Source of the DNA: Candidatus Gastranaerophilaceae bacterium
GTDB lineage: Bacteria; Cyanobacteriota; Vampirovibrionia; Gastranaerophilales; Gastranaerophilaceae
DNA: 28,543 bases
Direction: 5' to 3'
NCBI GenBank assembly: GCA_051875035.1
Contig: JBJEGL010000235.1
Coordinates: 1-28,543 of the forward strand
The first letter of the stretch is position 1. Each line of letters begins with the position of its first letter. Shown here in pieces: positions 1 to 8,072 of the stretch. The notes beneath the pieces were generated by a model. That model saw only the letters and a program-made list of their open reading frames with translations, ran no database searches and was not told where the DNA came from. The translations under genes were made by a program, and so were the position numbers.

Positions 1-213
1 ATTTACAACAATGATTTTATTGGCACCGCAGGCAGAAAAATTATTAATAATATTATCATAATTGATACGTCTGCCGACTATAATTACAACTATTTCTGGG
101 TTTTCTATATTCCGTGCAAGCTGTACAGCTTTTGAAACAAGTTCATAAGATACGGGGGCAGCAGTATCATTGCGTTGCATTTCACAAAAAACAGCAATTT
201 TATATTTATTCAT
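1..213 (-). CDS. etfA: Electron transfer flavoprotein alpha subunit, N-terminal part (runs off window start; not in ORF track)
   Basis: Hand translation from ATG at 213: MNKYKIAVFCEMQRNDTAAPVSYELVSKAVQLARNIENPEIVVIIVGRRINYDNIINNFSACGANKIIVVN, open to base 1. ELxxxA and GAxKI pattern of the EtfA N-domain; start overlaps the etfB stop. Confidence 0.8.
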   Translation of the reverse strand, partial: MNKYKIAVFCEMQRNDTAAPVSYELVSKAVQLARNIENPEIVVIIVGRRINYDNIINNFSACGANKIIVVN

Positions 214-1006
214 TTTCCCCCTTTGTAAATTCAAAAATCTTATCCAAAATTAAACAAGCTACTTCTTTTGAAGTTTTATCTTTTATTATTTCACCGCCAT
301 GGCGATTTTCCGGACGAAAAGCTTTTTTTACATAAGTCGGAGAACCTTTTATTCCGACTGAAAAAATATCAATACCAAGATTTTCCGCATTATATTCGGG
401 AATTTCAATGTCTTGTGCTTTAATTCTTCCGGAAATTTTGGGCAATCTGACTTCATAGTCGCCTTTTTGCATACAAATTACTGCAGGAAGCAATACTTGT
501 ATTACTTCAATACCATCATCCGTTTCTTTTTGAACAACAATTTTTTTATCTTCTGTTTTTAAAATATTTTTAACATTGGTTACTAAACCAAAACCTAAAT
601 TTTGGGCAAGACTCGGACCTGTTTGTGCGGTATCTCCGTCAATGGCACATTGACCGCATAGAATTAAATCGGTATCAGCAAGCTTTTCTTTGATTGCAAA
701 AGCTAAAACCCTTGCTGTCGCAGCTGTATCGGAACCCGCAAATCTTTTGTCACAAAGGAGAAACGCTTCATCAGCCCCCATCGCAATAACTTCTTTAAGA
801 GCTTCTTTTGCCTGTTTCGGCCCCATAGAAATTACCGTAACAAAAGAAGATTCGTCTTTATCTTTTATTTGAAGTGCAGCTTCGGCAGCATATTCATCAA
901 AAGGATTTATAATACTTTCGACGCCTTCTCTATTCATTGTATTATCAGTTGTCCACTTTATATCTGCCGTATCGGGAACTTGTTTTATACATACCGTTAT
1001 TTTCAT
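206..1006 (-). CDS. etfB: Electron transfer flavoprotein beta subunit
   Basis: MKITVCIKQVPDT, INPFDEYAAEAAL, AMGADEA, FAGSDTAATA, CGQCAIDGDTAQTGP are ETF-beta signatures; RBS AAGGAG upstream. Confidence 0.95.
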   Translation of the reverse strand: MKITVCIKQVPDTADIKWTTDNTMNREGVESIINPFDEYAAEAALQIKDKDESSFVTVISMGPKQAKEALKEVIAMGADEAFLLCDKRFAGSDTAATARVLAFAIKEKLADTDLILCGQCAIDGDTAQTGPSLAQNLGFGLVTNVKNILKTEDKKIVVQKETDDGIEVIQVLLPAVICMQKGDYEVRLPKISGRIKAQDIEIPEYNAENLGIDIFSVGIKGSPTYVKKAFRPENRHGGEIIKDKTSKEVACLILDKIFEFTKGENE

Positions 1007-1053
1007 AAAAGCTCCTTTTTGTTTATTGTGACAGATATTCTTATATTTTGCAA

Positions 1054-1884
1054 TTACATATCAAGACCTAAATCAAGATGTTTTATGCCCGAATGAATTG
1101 CACTTGTGGATATAACATCGGGATTAATGGCTGCAATGTCTGCAATCGTATCAATTGTGACTTTTCCGCTAACTTCTACGATTGCTCTTTTATTAATTAA
1201 TTCAATTGCCTCTTTCATTTGCGGGATTGGCATGTTATCAAGCATTATGATATCAACTCCGCAAGCTAATGCTTCTTTTATTTGTTCAAGATTTTCGCAT
1301 TCTATTTCTATTTTATGAGCATGTGAAGTATATTTTTTTACTGTTTCAATAGCTTTTGTTACAGAACCTGCACATTCAATATGGTTATCTTTAATCATAA
1401 CACAGTCGCTAAGATTAAATCTGTGAGGAATTCCCCCTCCTGTTTTAACTGCATATTTTTCAAAAACTCTTAATCCCGGAGTAGTTTTTCTTGTATCGGT
1501 TAATATTACATTCGGGTTATTCATTGCTTTTTTATATTTAGCTGTTTCTGTTGCAATACCAGAAAGATGTCTTACATAATTTAAAGATACTCTTTCCCCT
1601 GTCAAAATGCATCTTGCGGGAGCAGTAATTTCAGCAATGGTATCTCCTTTTTTGATTTCATCACCGTCTTGTTTATAAAATTTAATTTGTGCTTTATCAG
1701 ATAACAATTTATACACTTTTTCAACTATTTGTGTACCGCAAAAAATACCGTCATCTCTTGTTTTAAGATATGCTGTGACAATTTTGTCATCCGATATTAT
1801 TGCTTCCGTTGAAATATCTTCAAATCCTATGTCTTCTAACAACGCTTTTTTAATATGTTCCTCAATCAATAAATTATTTAACAT
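1054..1884 (-). CDS. nadC: Nicotinate-nucleotide pyrophosphorylase (quinolinate phosphoribosyltransferase)
   Basis: ALLED-IG-EDIST, LTGERVSLN, DTRKTTPGLR, HRFNLSD-VMIKDNH, IMLDN motifs; overlaps the nadB stop by 11 nt. Confidence 0.95.
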   Translation of the reverse strand: MLNNLLIEEHIKKALLEDIGFEDISTEAIISDDKIVTAYLKTRDDGIFCGTQIVEKVYKLLSDKAQIKFYKQDGDEIKKGDTIAEITAPARCILTGERVSLNYVRHLSGIATETAKYKKAMNNPNVILTDTRKTTPGLRVFEKYAVKTGGGIPHRFNLSDCVMIKDNHIECAGSVTKAIETVKKYTSHAHKIEIECENLEQIKEALACGVDIIMLDNMPIPQMKEAIELINKRAIVEVSGKVTIDTIADIAAINPDVISTSAIHSGIKHLDLGLDM

Positions 1885-3511
1885 AAATTTCCTCGTATGT
1901 TTTACTGTTTTTTGTGCTCGTATAATGTCTTGCGGGTTCGTGTTTTCCTTGATAATCTTCTCTGAAATGTCCGCCTCTTGACTCTTTACGCTTTATTGCA
2001 AATTCTATAACCAATTTTGCTATCGTTAAAAGGTTCCTGACTTCATAGCCCTCTTTTGAAGGACATTTATCAGAATATCCGAAAACTTCTTTTATTCCTT
2101 CAATTTCATTTAATGCGGTTTTCAAATTCTTTTCATTTCTGATAATACCTACTTTTGTCCACATTATGTCTTGAATTTTTTGTTTTAAGACTTTAAAATC
2201 AACTGAATTTACTGCTAAATCGGCATCATATTTTTTTAAAGTTTCAAAAATTTTATTATCTTTTTCTTCTTTTAAAGCATCTACCGTTTCAAAATGTTCA
2301 TCTTTAAGAAATTCTGTAATTTCATAAGCAGTTACAACACATTCCAGCAAAGAATTACTTGCCAGTCTGTTTGCACCGTGCAATCCAGTGCAAGCTGTTT
2401 CACCTATTGCATAAAGATTTTTTACGGAGGTTAATCCCGAAACCGTCGTCTTAACTCCACCCATCATATAATGTGCAGCAGGAGATACGGGAATATAATC
2501 TGTTAAAGGATTTATGCCGTTTTTAAGGCAAACACCGTTAATTGTCGGGAAACGATTTAGAAATTTATCTTTAGGGATTACAGTTGCGTTAAGATAAACA
2601 TTTTTTGTACCGTGAATTCGCATTTCATTGAAAATTGCTCTCGTAACAATATCTCTTGAAGCAAGTTCAAGTCTTTCATCGTACTTTTCCATAAAAGTAT
2701 TGCCGTTTTCGTCAACAAGTTTAGCACCTTCTCCTCTAACGGCTTCCGAAATCAGAAACATATTTTCTTCAGTTGCAGCTTCAAATGCGGTCGGATGAAA
2801 TTGAATAAATTCCATATCCTGCATAACCGCCCCCGCTCTGTATGCTGCGGCAAGTCCGTCGCCTGTTGTAACAGATGGATTTGTTGTGTGTTTATAAAGC
2901 TGTCCGACACCGCCTGTTGCAAGAATGACGGCATTGGAGAAAAATGCTTCATATTCGCCTGTTATATTATTATAGGCAATTACTCCGCGGCACTCATTGT
3001 TTGCATTAGTCAAAATATCGACAATAAGTGTTTCTTCAAGAATTTGTATATTTGATTGTGCTAAAACTTTTTCCGCAAGAGTCTGTTCTATACATAACCC
3101 TGTTGCATCTCCTCCGGAGTGAAGAATACGCCTTACGCTGTGAGCACCTTCCATTGTGAATTTCAGTTTATTATCTTCATCTTTATCAAAATCAACACCT
3201 TGTTCAAGAAGGTCTTTTATAACTTTTTCACTGTTTTCGGAAATAAATTTAACAACTCCTGTATCGGATAATCCTGCACCTGCTTTTAAGGTATCCTTTA
3301 CGTGCAGGGTTACGGAATCAAGGCTATTTTCGTGCATAACACCAACAATTCCGCCTTGGGCATACTTTGAATTTGATTCTCTTATATTTGATTTAGTTAT
3401 TAGAAGAATATTCTTCTTTGAAGAATTGGACTTTTCTGCCAAACGAAGGGCTGTATATAATCCTGATATTCCGCTTCCTACAATAATTTCAGTATATTCG
3501 GACGATTTCAT
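1874..3511 (-). CDS. nadB: L-aspartate oxidase
   Basis: GSGISG FAD-binding motif, SKYAQGGI, EGAHSVRRILH, EFIQFHPT, LISEAVRGEGA, AAHYMMGGV, GLHGANRLASNSLLEC, RKESRGGHFR; adjacent to nadC. Confidence 0.95.
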   Translation of the reverse strand: MKSSEYTEIIVGSGISGLYTALRLAEKSNSSKKNILLITKSNIRESNSKYAQGGIVGVMHENSLDSVTLHVKDTLKAGAGLSDTGVVKFISENSEKVIKDLLEQGVDFDKDEDNKLKFTMEGAHSVRRILHSGGDATGLCIEQTLAEKVLAQSNIQILEETLIVDILTNANNECRGVIAYNNITGEYEAFFSNAVILATGGVGQLYKHTTNPSVTTGDGLAAAYRAGAVMQDMEFIQFHPTAFEAATEENMFLISEAVRGEGAKLVDENGNTFMEKYDERLELASRDIVTRAIFNEMRIHGTKNVYLNATVIPKDKFLNRFPTINGVCLKNGINPLTDYIPVSPAAHYMMGGVKTTVSGLTSVKNLYAIGETACTGLHGANRLASNSLLECVVTAYEITEFLKDEHFETVDALKEEKDNKIFETLKKYDADLAVNSVDFKVLKQKIQDIMWTKVGIIRNEKNLKTALNEIEGIKEVFGYSDKCPSKEGYEVRNLLTIAKLVIEFAIKRKESRGGHFREDYQGKHEPARHYTSTKNSKTYEEIYVK

Positions 3512-3628
3512 AATCGTTACCTCATCTTAATTTTTGGGACTCGCCAAAACAATAATACACTAAAATTTTACATAATACATTATTTTTTATTTTTTGATGT
3601 ATATTATTTTTGTGAAAGAATAAATAAT

Positions 3629-4510
3629 ATGTTAACGGATTTATTAAACAGAATACCTGAATTTGCGGCAGATGCAATTGCAGACAGCATTAATCTGCTT
3701 CCTTTTTTATTTATAATATTTGTTTTTATAGAACTTTTTGAACATTATTTTTCAAAAAAAATTGTTTCATTTTTAAGATATTCAAAAAAAATCGGGCCTG
3801 TTATCGGTGCTGTTTGTGCAATTGTTCCGCAATGCGGTTTTTCAATTGTTGCTTCCGTTTTATATGTCAAAAGGTTTATTTCTGTAGGAACGTTGATTGC
3901 TATTTATATTGCAACTTCTGACGAAGCTATTCCGATAATTATTGCCGAACCTTCAGGAATTTCAGAAGTGTTAAAAATTATTGCGGTAAAACTTTTTTTG
4001 GCAATCTTTGCAGGTTATTTGACAGATTTTATTTTTAAACCCAAATCGGTTTTATCTAATGATGATGATATTGATGCCATAAATGAAAAAGGATGTTGTA
4101 ACCATGAGATTTCCGGACACAAAATTTTAGAAATTTTATGGCATCCCGTAAAACATACTTTTATAATTTTTCTGTTTATTCTTGCCGTGTGTTTGGGTTT
4201 AAATTATATGTTTGAAATTGTTCCGCAAACAACAATCGAAAAATTTTTACTTCAAGACTCTGTGCTTCAACCTGTTGCTGCGGGAATATTCGGATTAATT
4301 CCTAATTGTGCGGTATCCGTTCTTATTACAATGATGTTTTTAAAAGGTGCAATCAGTTTTGGTTCCGTAATTTCCGGTTTATCATCAAGTGCAGGATTAG
4401 GACTGCTTGTTTTACTTCGCAAAAATTCGGAAATTAAAGATACCGTTTTAATAATTTCCATATTACTAACGGTAAGTATTGCCGCAGGTATTCTTATTCA
4501 ATTGTTTTAA
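3629..4510 (+). CDS. Membrane protein of the ArsP_2 / putative manganese transporter (heavy-metal exporter) family
   Basis: Multiple hydrophobic segments, internal repeat motifs VPQCGFS and IPNCAVS, ATSDEAIP, and a cytoplasmic loop GCCNHE. Confidence 0.75.
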   Translation: MLTDLLNRIPEFAADAIADSINLLPFLFIIFVFIELFEHYFSKKIVSFLRYSKKIGPVIGAVCAIVPQCGFSIVASVLYVKRFISVGTLIAIYIATSDEAIPIIIAEPSGISEVLKIIAVKLFLAIFAGYLTDFIFKPKSVLSNDDDIDAINEKGCCNHEISGHKILEILWHPVKHTFIIFLFILAVCLGLNYMFEIVPQTTIEKFLLQDSVLQPVAAGIFGLIPNCAVSVLITMMFLKGAISFGSVISGLSSSAGLGLLVLLRKNSEIKDTVLIISILLTVSIAAGILIQLF

Positions 4511-4536
4511 GTCGGTTTTACCAAAATAAATTTAAC

Positions 4537-4567
4537 AAGGTATTTGAAGAAAATCCCCAAATACCCT
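4537..4567 (-). terminator. Probable intrinsic terminator downstream of the Cys-rich gene
   Basis: Minus strand AGGGTATTTGGGG-ATTTT-CTTCAAATACCTT forms a 13-bp stem (with G-U pairs), followed by an AT/T-rich tract, between convergent genes. Confidence 0.6.
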
Positions 4568-4577
4568 GCATCAATAA

Positions 4578-4955
4578 CTATTCAAAAATATTAAAATTTT
4601 GCGGACATTCGCAGTCGCAAGATTTTTCCCCTACATTAAGAGGATTGGTGAGGCAATCACAATCGCAAACAGCTTCAACAGAGGCATAACCGGCAATTTC
4701 TTCACCTTCTTTATCTTCATTTTCGGCCATTTCTCCGCAGCCGCAAGGTGATGTTTCGGAAGTATCTTCTTTTTCTTCCTTGATTTTTTCCTCAACAATG
4801 ACTTCTTCACAATCGCAAACATTACCGCATCCGCAGGCATTTTGCTCAGGATGTCCATTACATCCGCAAGCATTTTCTATCTGGATGGCAAGTTTATCTT
4901 CGGTACAGTTATTGATATATTCTTTTGTTACTTTTTCATTTTCTTTGTTATCCAT
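4578..4955 (-). CDS. Small acidic Cys-rich protein (125 aa, 15 Cys in CxC and CxCxC clusters), metallothionein-like
   Basis: Start reassigned from 5033 to ATG 4955 (RBS GAAAGGA 6 nt upstream). CGC, CGC, CDC, CGC, CDCDC and CDCEC clusters in a Glu-rich background; own terminator. Confidence 0.7.
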   Translation of the reverse strand: MDNKENEKVTKEYINNCTEDKLAIQIENACGCNGHPEQNACGCGNVCDCEEVIVEEKIKEEKEDTSETSPCGCGEMAENEDKEGEEIAGYASVEAVCDCDCLTNPLNVGEKSCDCECPQNFNIFE

Positions 4956-5026
4956 GACAATTCCTTTCATTTGTAATAAAATATACAGATGTTTTTTTTC
5001 AAAAACATTGATATAAAAGGTAATGT

Positions 5027-5055
5027 TTGCCATATTGCATAAAAAGATATAAAAT
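5027..5055 (+). promoter_or_regulatory. Sigma70-type promoter for pepT, probably giving a leaderless transcript
   Basis: TTGCCA (5027-5032), 17-nt spacer, TAAAAT (5050-5055); ATG at 5063 lies 7 nt past the -10 box with no SD. Confidence 0.55.
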
Positions 5056-5062
5056 GATACCT

Positions 5063-6424
5063 ATGAATAAGATTAAGTTTTTATTAACAATAATAATGTT
5101 TGGAGTACTTACCCTGCAAGGTAATGCAATCGGACAAAACGAGGTTAAAAATATGAATCAATTGATTAATCAAGACAGACTTGCTGATTCTTTTATAAGA
5201 TATGTAAAATTTGATACCGGTTCTGATGCGGAACTCGCAGAAACACAAATTCCAAGTACGGAAAAACAAACAAAATTTGCAAAAGAGCTTGCAGTTGAGT
5301 TAAGAAATTTGGGCTTGCAAGATATCACAATAGATAAGCACAGTATTGTTACAGCAACACTTCCATCAAATTGCAGTGAAGATATGCCGATTATAGCTCT
5401 GTTTGCTCACATGGATACGAGCAGTGACGTACCGACTGGTCCTGTAAATCCTCAAATCCACAATTATCAAGGCGGAGATATTGTTTTGCAGGATGGTATC
5501 ATAATCAGTGCAGAAGATTTGAAACCAGAAAAAGGTAATCGTATTATAACTTCAGACGGAACTACTCTTTTAGGTTCTGATGATAAATCCGGTGTTGCGG
5601 AAATTATGGAAGCACTTAATGTTCTTGTTGAAAATCCGAGCATTAAAAGACCTGAAATAAAAGTTGTTTTCACTCCTGATGAAGAAACAGGACTTGGTGT
5701 TTCGGTATTTGATGCCGAAAACTTTAAGGCGGATGCCGCATATACCGTTGACGGAGGAGCTCCGCATGAACTTGATACGGAAACTTTTAACGCTTTCAAT
5801 CCTGAAATTATAATAAAAGGCAAAGTTGTACATTGCGGATATGCCTATAAAAAAATGATAAATTCACTTGAACTTGCAAATGAATTTTTGTCAAAATTGC
5901 CTAAAAATCAGACACCATCTACAACAAAAGATAAAGAAGGCTATTATTACATTGATGAAATAAAAGGTACGGCGGAACAAACAACTATAAAAATGCTTGT
6001 AAGAGATTTTGACCTGAAAAAAGCGAATAAAAAAATTAAATTTATTGAAAAAAACTTAAAGAAAATAGAAGAAAAATATCCGGGCTGTGAAATAACTTTC
6101 GACCCTAAACAACGTTATTTAAATATGAAAGAAAATTTGCAAAAATTTCCGGAAGTTATTTTATTTGCAGAAGAAGGAATACGAAGAAGCGGACTTGAAC
6201 CTGTCCAAAATTCCGTAAGAGGAGGAACGGACGGTTCGGCATTAACATATAGAGGACTTTTGACACCAAATTTAGGTGCGGGAGGAATTAACTTCCATTC
6301 CAAAACTGAATTTGTTTCTGTGGAAACAATGTCAAAATGTTGTGAGAATGTTTTGAATATTTTAGTTGTTTGGGCAGAAAAAGCTCCCGAAGTTATGCCA
6401 AAAATTCAAAAAAGAAGAAATTAA
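5063..6424 (+). CDS. pepT: Peptidase T (M20B tripeptidase) with a predicted N-terminal signal peptide; alternative start at 5153
   Basis: FIRYVKFDTGS, AHMDTS, TSDGTTLLGSDDKSG, FTPDEETG, AYTVDGG, VRGGTDGSAL, NFHSKTEFVS. N-terminus MNKIKFLLTIIMFGVLTLQGNA. Confidence 0.9.
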   Translation: MNKIKFLLTIIMFGVLTLQGNAIGQNEVKNMNQLINQDRLADSFIRYVKFDTGSDAELAETQIPSTEKQTKFAKELAVELRNLGLQDITIDKHSIVTATLPSNCSEDMPIIALFAHMDTSSDVPTGPVNPQIHNYQGGDIVLQDGIIISAEDLKPEKGNRIITSDGTTLLGSDDKSGVAEIMEALNVLVENPSIKRPEIKVVFTPDEETGLGVSVFDAENFKADAAYTVDGGAPHELDTETFNAFNPEIIIKGKVVHCGYAYKKMINSLELANEFLSKLPKNQTPSTTKDKEGYYYIDEIKGTAEQTTIKMLVRDFDLKKANKKIKFIEKNLKKIEEKYPGCEITFDPKQRYLNMKENLQKFPEVILFAEEGIRRSGLEPVQNSVRGGTDGSALTYRGLLTPNLGAGGINFHSKTEFVSVETMSKCCENVLNILVVWAEKAPEVMPKIQKRRN

Positions 6425-6448
6425 AACAAATAATTTTATCGGACAAAT

Positions 6449-6937
6449 ATGACTGAATTTGACGCAAAATATTATCTTAATCAAGGAATAGAAAAAACAA
6501 ACAAAGGCTTTTTTATTGCCGCATTAGAGGATTTTGACAAATCTCTTGAATTAGATGCGAAAAAACCGTTGACATATTTTTCAAAAGCAATTGTTTTTCA
6601 TAATTTAAAAAGGCTTGAAGAAGCATTTGAAAATTATTCAAGAGCAATAGAACTTGATGAAAAAATGGTTGATGCATATTACAATAGAGCTCACGTTGTG
6701 CTGTTAAAAGAAAATCCTGAGGAAGCGGAATATAAAAAAGCTCTTAGAGATTTTGAAGAAGCAATAAAATTAGACAGTAAGTTTATTGATGCACTTTACT
6801 ATGCTGCGGTTATGAATATGAAATTAAAGAGATATAAAACATCGGTTGAATATCTTGATAAACTTCTTGCAATTGAACCGGATGCAATTCAGTCAAGAGC
6901 TTTAAAAAAATTGATTTTGCAAAAATATCTTAAGTAG
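6449..6937 (+). CDS. Tetratricopeptide repeat protein
   Basis: About four TPR-like helix pairs (ALEDFDKSLELD, AFENYSRAIELD, ALRDFEEAIKLD, SVEYLDKLLAIEP). Confidence 0.9.
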   Translation: MTEFDAKYYLNQGIEKTNKGFFIAALEDFDKSLELDAKKPLTYFSKAIVFHNLKRLEEAFENYSRAIELDEKMVDAYYNRAHVVLLKENPEEAEYKKALRDFEEAIKLDSKFIDALYYAAVMNMKLKRYKTSVEYLDKLLAIEPDAIQSRALKKLILQKYLK

Positions 6938-6986
6938 TTTTTACAGTGTCGTAACATTTTACAAAAAGCCTTAAAGAGGAGTTTTT

Positions 6987-8072
6987 ATGAAAATATCAGT
7001 TATAATGCCTGTTTATAATATCGAAAAATATCTTCCCGAGGCAGTTGAAAGTATTTTAAATCAATCATTTTCAGATTTTGAACTTGTTATTCTTGATGAT
7101 AAATCAAAAGATAATACACTTTCTGTTGCATATCAATATGCACAAAAGGACAGCAGAATAAGAGTTATCGAGCTTGAAGAACATCAAAAGCAGGGGCTTG
7201 GCAGAAATAGGGGTATCTCTGAGGCACAAGGGGATTACATAATGTTTTTAGACGGAGATGATATTGCCCGTCCGCATTTTTTGGAAAAAATGTATAATGC
7301 AGTAACCAATGCAGATGCGGATATTGCCATGTGCAGATTTGAAACATTGGACGATAAAACTAAAAAGATATCCGACAATCATCCTTTTGGTGATATTAAT
7401 CTATCTGATGACGCAAAAAGAAACGGATTTACGCCAAAAGATATTCAAAGTCAAATTTTTACTATTCCGAATATTGTTTGGAATAAAATTTATAAACGAA
7501 GTTTCTTGCTCGAAAAAAATCTGAAACTTCCCGGTGTTATTACAATGTGTGAGGATATAATTTTCGGAATAAATTCGACTCTGCAAGCAAAAAAACTTGT
7601 TTATGTTGATGAAAGTCTTTTGTATTACAGAATTAATCGTCCTAAATCTTCCAGCGGCGGGCGTGATGAGTCTTTTTTCGATAACTTTACGATGTATGAA
7701 ATTTTGGCTCAGAATTTTAAAGATATCGGTGTTTATGAAGACATAAAAAAATATTTTATAACTGATGCAATATATAATTTGATTTATTTTTTGGAAAGAA
7801 TTAAGCCTCAATACAGAAGAAAGTTTTTTTATAAAATGCAGGAAGTTTTTGAAAAATTTTACCAACAGGAATTTTATTCCGAAGATAAAATGCTTCAATT
7901 TGATGCTACAACATTTTTTCATCTTAATAGAATAAGACAAAATTCTTATTATAAATACGGTATTTTGAACTTCTTTGATAAATTTTTCAGAATAGAAAAA
8001 TGGGTTGGCGGATATGCGGTTGTTGTATTTTCAAAGTATGAATTTTGGATTGACACAAACAAAGAAAGTTAA
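6987..8072 (+). CDS. Glycosyltransferase family 2 (copy 1)
   Basis: KISVIMPVYN, ILDDKSKDNT, GRNRGI, MFLDGDD (DXD), WNKIYKR, CED; RBS GAGGAG. Confidence 0.92.
   Translation: MKISVIMPVYNIEKYLPEAVESILNQSFSDFELVILDDKSKDNTLSVAYQYAQKDSRIRVIELEEHQKQGLGRNRGISEAQGDYIMFLDGDDIARPHFLEKMYNAVTNADADIAMCRFETLDDKTKKISDNHPFGDINLSDDAKRNGFTPKDIQSQIFTIPNIVWNKIYKRSFLLEKNLKLPGVITMCEDIIFGINSTLQAKKLVYVDESLLYYRINRPKSSSGGRDESFFDNFTMYEILAQNFKDIGVYEDIKKYFITDAIYNLIYFLERIKPQYRRKFFYKMQEVFEKFYQQEFYSEDKMLQFDATTFFHLNRIRQNSYYKYGILNFFDKFFRIEKWVGGYAVVVFSKYEFWIDTNKES

Noticed and set aside
1007-1053. Possible internal promoter for etfBA (minus strand TTGCAA-17-CACAAT)
   Set aside because: The -10 box lacks the first conserved T; too weak to call in AT-rich DNA.
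3156-3530. 124-aa plus-strand ORF (and similar antisense or alternate-frame ORFs at 114, 690, 869, 1106, 1775, 2752, 2795, 4267)
   Set aside because: They overlap well-supported genes, lack recognisable motifs and look like shadow ORFs.
4578-4955. Cys-rich protein as a sactipeptide/ranthipeptide precursor for the four rSAMs
   Set aside because: Not favoured: over 3 kb from the nearest rSAM, the rSAMs lack an RRE/PqqD domain and have short BtrN-like tails, and no exporter-peptidase is present. Kept only as a minor alternative.
4956-5062. Longer ORF-track starts for the Cys-rich gene (5033) and pepT (5027)
   Set aside because: They would overlap head-to-head across the promoter; 4955 has an SD, and the 5027 TTG is the -35 box.
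7401-7940. 179-aa minus-strand ORF inside the GT2 gene
   Set aside because: Antisense to a clear GT2; the Ile/Phe/Lys-rich composition is what the reverse of AT-rich coding sequence gives.
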